In this document: in pieces, positions 16,128-20,000 of the stretch
How positions within the stretch are numbered: position 1 is the first letter of the stretch
Layout of the letters: the number at the start of each line of letters is the position of its first letter
Source: an uncultured virus (IMG/VR IMGVR_UViG_3300040807_003058)
Lineage: Duplodnaviria; Heunggongvirae; Uroviricota; Caudoviricetes
Length of the DNA: 20,000 nucleotides
Direction: 5' to 3' (one strand)
Virus record (IMG/VR): IMGVR_UViG_3300040807_003058
Made by a program: the position numbers and the translations under genes
Notes under the pieces: generated by a model
Told to the model about the DNA's origin: nothing
The model's database searches: none
The model's input: the letters and a program-made list of their open reading frames with translations, nothing else

Positions 16128-17708
16128 ATGACAACGATCCAGGACCGTCTGGCTGAGGCGCTGAACAAGGTACAGGCGCAGAGGCGAGCTCTCTCGGAAG
16201 AGACCAAGGTCGAGAAGGCGTCGTCGGCGAAGACCGAAGACATCAACATCGGCATGGTCAAGGTCTCGGCCAAGCGGGCGATCAACGACGCACGTCTTCT
16301 CCGCAGCCTCGGGCACTTCGGTGTGGAGAAGGTTGCGATGGAAGAGCAGGACATCTTCGAACACACCCTCCACTCGAGTGGTGCGGGCACCATCGAGTCG
16401 CCGGCTGACATCAGCTCGGCGACGGAAGTCACGCAACCCGCCCCGGGCGGCGAGAACGAGCTGAAAATCGTCGAGCACAAGAAGGTGGACGCCGTCACCG
16501 GCCCTGGTCTCGACCAGGGCAACATGGAGACGCTCCGCAGTGCCCCGCTCACCGAAGGCGGCCAAGGTCCACTGCAGACGATGGATCTCGGTGATGCGTC
16601 CCCCGGGGACCACAACCAGGATGATGTCCTCTCGCAGCCGAAGACCTCGCAGGCCAAGCTCGAGGCGATCCTCAACGGTGCAGAGTACCTCGGTACCGCC
16701 GAAGAGGCTCAGGCCATCCGCACGGCTACGGGTATCGACTCGGCCGACGCTGCGGTGGAGTTCTTCAAGCGTTCGGCAGCCCACTGGGGCATGACGAACG
16801 CGGAGTTCCTCAACCTGGTTGAAATCGGCTCGGCTGAGAAGACGCAGCTTCTGGAAAAGGTGGCGATGATGGTCGAAGGCTCGACCATGGACGACATCTC
16901 CGTGGCGAAGGACGTTACCGAGCAGATCGTGAAGGCCAAGCAGGAGCTCCCCACGGGCTCGGAAGTGGCTGAGATCGCCAACGTCGGTCCGAAGGCGGCC
17001 AACGTCGCCATCAAGCAGGTGGCTGACCTCGTCGCTGCCGTGAACGGTACGGTGATGGCCCCGGGCCAGGCCGCTGCTGCTGCGATGGACCCGATGGCGA
17101 TGGGCGCTGCTCCGCCTCCGATGGGCGCTGCCCCGGGCGGTGAGATGGCTCCGCCCCCGCCGGTCCCGTCCCCCGAGCCGATGCCGGCCGCCCCGGCACC
17201 CCCGCCGGCCGCCCCGGCCGCAGCTGCTCCCGCCCCGGCCGCAGCTGCTCCCGCCCCCCCGCCGGAAGAGGGTATGGAAGTAGCCGCTTCGGCGAAGCTG
17301 ACGACCAAGTCGGCGCTGGAAGACTTCCTGAAGTCCTCGGCTGATGCGGACCTCACCAGCCTCGAGGAGCCGCTCAACGGCACACCCGGACCGGGTGAGG
17401 AGACGCAGGAAGCCGGTGACGGCATCGACGCTCCCATCGTCTCGGCCCGTACGGACGAGCTGACGGAGACCGATAGCACGACCGCCACCACGCAGGCCAT
17501 CCTCGACTCGGATGATGACTCGCTCGACACCGCCGCAGAAGAAGTGGCCGAAGCCGGTGACAACTCGGCTGCCAGCTACTCTGCACGCGGCAACGACGAT
17601 GTCGTCGACGGAGAGGGGGCTGACGTGAAGAGCGAGGGAGTCGAGGCCGACGCTGAGAAGCGCTCGAACGCTACGCAGGAACTACTCGCAACCCTGTTCT
17701 CCCGCTAA
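16128..17708 (+). CDS. 526-aa acidic, low-complexity scaffold/core-like head protein
   Basis: AGGTGA RBS then ATG 16128 (MTTIQDRL). Asp/Glu/Ala-rich with a Pro/Ala linker and many K-x-S/A motifs. It sits between the protease and capsid genes. Confidence 0.65.
   Translation: MTTIQDRLAEALNKVQAQRRALSEETKVEKASSAKTEDINIGMVKVSAKRAINDARLLRSLGHFGVEKVAMEEQDIFEHTLHSSGAGTIESPADISSATEVTQPAPGGENELKIVEHKKVDAVTGPGLDQGNMETLRSAPLTEGGQGPLQTMDLGDASPGDHNQDDVLSQPKTSQAKLEAILNGAEYLGTAEEAQAIRTATGIDSADAAVEFFKRSAAHWGMTNAEFLNLVEIGSAEKTQLLEKVAMMVEGSTMDDISVAKDVTEQIVKAKQELPTGSEVAEIANVGPKAANVAIKQVADLVAAVNGTVMAPGQAAAAAMDPMAMGAAPPPMGAAPGGEMAPPPPVPSPEPMPAAPAPPPAAPAAAAPAPAAAAPAPPPEEGMEVAASAKLTTKSALEDFLKSSADADLTSLEEPLNGTPGPGEETQEAGDGIDAPIVSARTDELTETDSTTATTQAILDSDDDSLDTAAEEVAEAGDNSAASYSARGNDDVVDGEGADVKSEGVEADAEKRSNATQELLATLFSR
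17211..17257 (+). repeat. 21-bp perfect tandem repeat (about 2.2 copies) encoding APAAAAP
   Basis: GCCCCGGCCGCAGCTGCTCCC at 17211-17231 and 17232-17252, then GCCCC. Confidence 0.85.
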
Positions 17709-17726
17709 GCGGGAAGGAGAAGCACG

Positions 17727-18161
17727 ATGGGAAACATCGGTAAGCGGCTCTACGCCCGCACACAGAAGACGAAGAACGCGAACGACTTCATGGTTCGCGT
17801 TGCCGACGAGCACGAGAAGCTCGCACGCACCAACCTCGAACTCGCCGAGAAGGTCTCGAGCCTTCAGGCGGAGAAAGACCGACTCCAGCGCCGGGAGGAC
17901 CTCCGACGCGTCGCCAAGCAGGGCGTACGGCTGGGCGTTCTCAAGCCCTCGTCGGTCGATTCGTGGGTCGATTCGAAGGAAGGCACCGACAAGTCGCCGG
18001 AGTACTACCTCGACGTGATGAAGGCAAACGCTTCCAGCACGCCGTTCGAGAGTGGTACCAACAAGACGTCGGGTGCTGCGGCTGCCCCTCTCCGGACGGA
18101 GCCCGCACCCTCGATCTCGCCCTCGACGGCGGCATTCCTCAAGAACCTCTCCGCTGACTAA
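17727..18161 (+). CDS. 144-aa coiled-coil protein, scaffold-like
   Basis: AAGGAGA RBS; heptad pattern EKLARTNLELAEKVSSLQAEKDRL; short C-terminal amphipathic helix; two genes upstream of the capsid gene. Confidence 0.7.
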   Translation: MGNIGKRLYARTQKTKNANDFMVRVADEHEKLARTNLELAEKVSSLQAEKDRLQRREDLRRVAKQGVRLGVLKPSSVDSWVDSKEGTDKSPEYYLDVMKANASSTPFESGTNKTSGAAAAPLRTEPAPSISPSTAAFLKNLSAD

Positions 18162-18200
18162 GTCGGCGAACCCCAGTCACCCTGAACGAGGGACATCATC

Positions 18201-18872
18201 ATGACTGTTTACGCATCTCCGGGCTCGGCCAGCAAGAACTCGGATACATTCCGCCTCCTGGGCCCCAAGCGTCCGGACCCCGTCGCATGGCGCGTCGAAG
18301 ACCAGACGCTTGTGACTCCCGGCGGCACGACGCACTTCCTCGACGGCGAGTTCGCCTGGATCGATCCGGCGAGCCACGTTGCGGGTACGTCGTACCAGAC
18401 CGAGCGCATCAGCCGACCGACGAACGGTGAGCTGATGCCGGCACACGCCTTCACCGGTACGCCCGCTACCGGCGCGGCGGCCAACGCGGCGCTGTACCAG
18501 GTCACCTGGCGGCCGGGTGAGACGGACGTCCAGCTCTCGCGCAAGGTTCCGGTCCTCATCGAGGAGGGCTACGAGTTCCTGTACCGCATCATCGACTACG
18601 ACCGCATCGCGGAGTACACCGTCGGTACGGCCTGCATCGTCGACGCGATCGACCTCTCGGCGGCTGCCTCGCCTCCGGCTGACCTGGCGGCTGTGACGCA
18701 CACTGCAGCTGTCGGACTTCGTCCCCCGAACAACGTTGCGGGCGGTGGCCCGGGTTCGGAAGACGAGGAGCAGAACGGATACCACTTCGCGGCTGTTGTC
18801 GTGCGTGGCCCCGATGCCAACGGCTGGGTACGGTTCCGGCGTCAGTCCGGCTTCCGCGCGCCGATCTCGTAA
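18201..18872 (+). CDS. 223-aa putative head decoration / capsid-stabilising protein
   Basis: GAGGGA RBS; highly biased codons like the capsid gene; beta-rich; immediately upstream of the major capsid gene. Function comes from synteny. Confidence 0.55.
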   Translation: MTVYASPGSASKNSDTFRLLGPKRPDPVAWRVEDQTLVTPGGTTHFLDGEFAWIDPASHVAGTSYQTERISRPTNGELMPAHAFTGTPATGAAANAALYQVTWRPGETDVQLSRKVPVLIEEGYEFLYRIIDYDRIAEYTVGTACIVDAIDLSAAASPPADLAAVTHTAAVGLRPPNNVAGGGPGSEDEEQNGYHFAAVVVRGPDANGWVRFRRQSGFRAPIS

Positions 18873-18915
18873 CCATTCCCTTCGGCACTAGCCGGAGCTG
18901 ATTCAGGAGAATCCC

Positions 18916-20000
18916 ATGAGTAACTTCGCAGAAATGCTGCAGGGCGTGCCGGAAGGGTCCCCCGAGTTCGAGAAGATCTCGAAGCAGATCAACAAGGCGT
19001 GGTTCAACGACGCCAAGACCTCGGCTGGCCGTGACAAGCTCTCGGGCCTGCACGAGAGCCAGTTCGCTTCGTATCTTCGCGAGCACTCGGCGATGGCGAA
19101 GATCCTCGTCCCGCAGGACATCGATCCTTCGGAGTGCGAGGTCGGCGTCGACACCGACAGCCTCTACGTCCGCCTGCACTTCACGCCGGAGACCAACGCG
19201 TACCTCGGCTCGTTCGGTGCGGGTCCGCCGGAGCGTCGTGAGGTCTTCATCGACCGCATCTTCGCGTCGTTCATGATGCTCACCACGCCGACGTACGTGT
19301 TCAACGAGTACCGCATGATGGCGTACCCGTTCCCCGTGCCGAAGCAGGTCGAGGACTCGATCGGCATGGACATGCACGAAGCGCGTGACTTCATCGAGTT
19401 CCGCTCGCTGGAGGAGACCATCCAGGCCGGTGCGGCGACGTACAACAACGTCCTCAAGGGCGAGAACGTCGCGACCCCCCTCACCGGTGCCACCGACCGC
19501 GTGGACTTCCACCAGGACGACCTCGTCCGGATGATGAAGTACTTCGCCGGCAAGCGCGACCGCATGGAGAAGGTCCTCATCCCCGAGACGGACTTCCTCA
19601 CCATCCTCACGTTCGACGCGTCGATCTTCGGTGACACGCTTCGCGGCGAGGTCGTGACGAACGGCTACAAGCTCTCGCAGTGGATGGGCATGGAGCTCAT
19701 CCGTACGATCAAGATCGACAACGACAACGGTGATGTCTTCCGCGAAGGCAACATCTACGGCTTCGCCGACCCGGAGAAGATCGGTCGTTCGTACAACCTG
19801 CAGGGCCTCAAGATGAACCTGGAGCGCAAGCGCCAGTTCCTCGAGATGGACGCGCGCATGGCGTGCGGCCACATCTGGGCCGTCGGCAAGCGTGTCTGCA
19901 AGCTCGAGCTGTACGACACCGGCCTCACCCCGACCGGCGGTGCGATCCCCGGCGTAACGACCGGCGACTCGGACCTCTTCTGGGACGACGTCGAGCTCGT
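18916..20000 (+). CDS. major capsid protein (HK97-fold), 3'-truncated by window edge; not in ORF track
   Basis: AGGAGA RBS at 18905-18910, ATG 18916, open to the window end: MSNFAEMLQG..YLREHSAMAKILVPQ..MDMHEARDFIEF..ELIRTIKID..GNIYGFADPEKIG... It has the most extreme C/G-ending codon bias in the window and the canonical position after protease/scaffold/decoration genes. Confidence 0.82.
   Translation, partial: MSNFAEMLQGVPEGSPEFEKISKQINKAWFNDAKTSAGRDKLSGLHESQFASYLREHSAMAKILVPQDIDPSECEVGVDTDSLYVRLHFTPETNAYLGSFGAGPPERREVFIDRIFASFMMLTTPTYVFNEYRMMAYPFPVPKQVEDSIGMDMHEARDFIEFRSLEETIQAGAATYNNVLKGENVATPLTGATDRVDFHQDDLVRMMKYFAGKRDRMEKVLIPETDFLTILTFDASIFGDTLRGEVVTNGYKLSQWMGMELIRTIKIDNDNGDVFREGNIYGFADPEKIGRSYNLQGLKMNLERKRQFLEMDARMACGHIWAVGKRVCKLELYDTGLTPTGGAIPGVTTGDSDLFWDDVEL

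Noticed and set aside
17080..17270. GC-rich repeats as CRISPR or other non-coding array
   Set aside because: They are in-frame coding repeats for a Pro/Ala linker with no unique spacers.
14714..17563. Long minus-strand ORFs (304 aa at 14714-15628, 284 aa at 16709-17563, others)
   Set aside because: They fully overlap well-supported + strand head genes and are expected in GC-rich DNA; no RBS or motif support.
18589..19872. 427-aa minus-strand ORF
   Set aside because: It is the antisense shadow of the strongly codon-biased capsid and decoration genes, with His/Arg/Val-rich composition typical of reverse-frame artefacts.
1..20000. Stop-codon reassignment, tRNA/rRNA genes, CRISPR arrays, integrase
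   Set aside because: Genes tile densely under the standard code with TAA, TAG and TGA all used as stops. Intergenic gaps are too short for RNA genes and no such motifs were seen.

Overview
This is a GC-rich segment of a large tailed dsDNA phage (or prophage) genome covering DNA packaging and head morphogenesis. In order it holds: the 3' part of a beta-rich structural or adhesin-like gene; a 737-aa probable head protein; a 373-aa protein (possible small terminase); three tandem small genes sharing an N-terminal KV[S/A]-x-SRR-x-R-hydrophobic leader; a few accessory genes; and a lambda-GpA-type large terminase with a LAGLIDADG intein inserted in Walker A that begins with Thr instead of Cys/Ser. 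Next come two minus-strand genes (membrane protein, HTH protein) and a head operon: two unknowns, prohead protease, Zn-ribbon protein, scaffold-like proteins, decoration-like protein, and an HK97-type major capsid gene that starts at 18916, runs off the window and is absent from the ORF track. The strongest unexplained signals are: (1) a pervasive K-x-[S/A] motif in head proteins but not in the terminase, a candidate mass-proteolysis code for the prohead protease; (2) the three small proteins with a putative cleavable leader masking a twin-arginine-like segment; (3) the Thr1 intein; (4) a 22-bp motif at identical spacing upstream of two minus-strand genes; (5) hairpins with the TAA stop codon as loop at three consecutive head-gene junctions. 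All functional calls rest on motif recognition and synteny; no database search was run.
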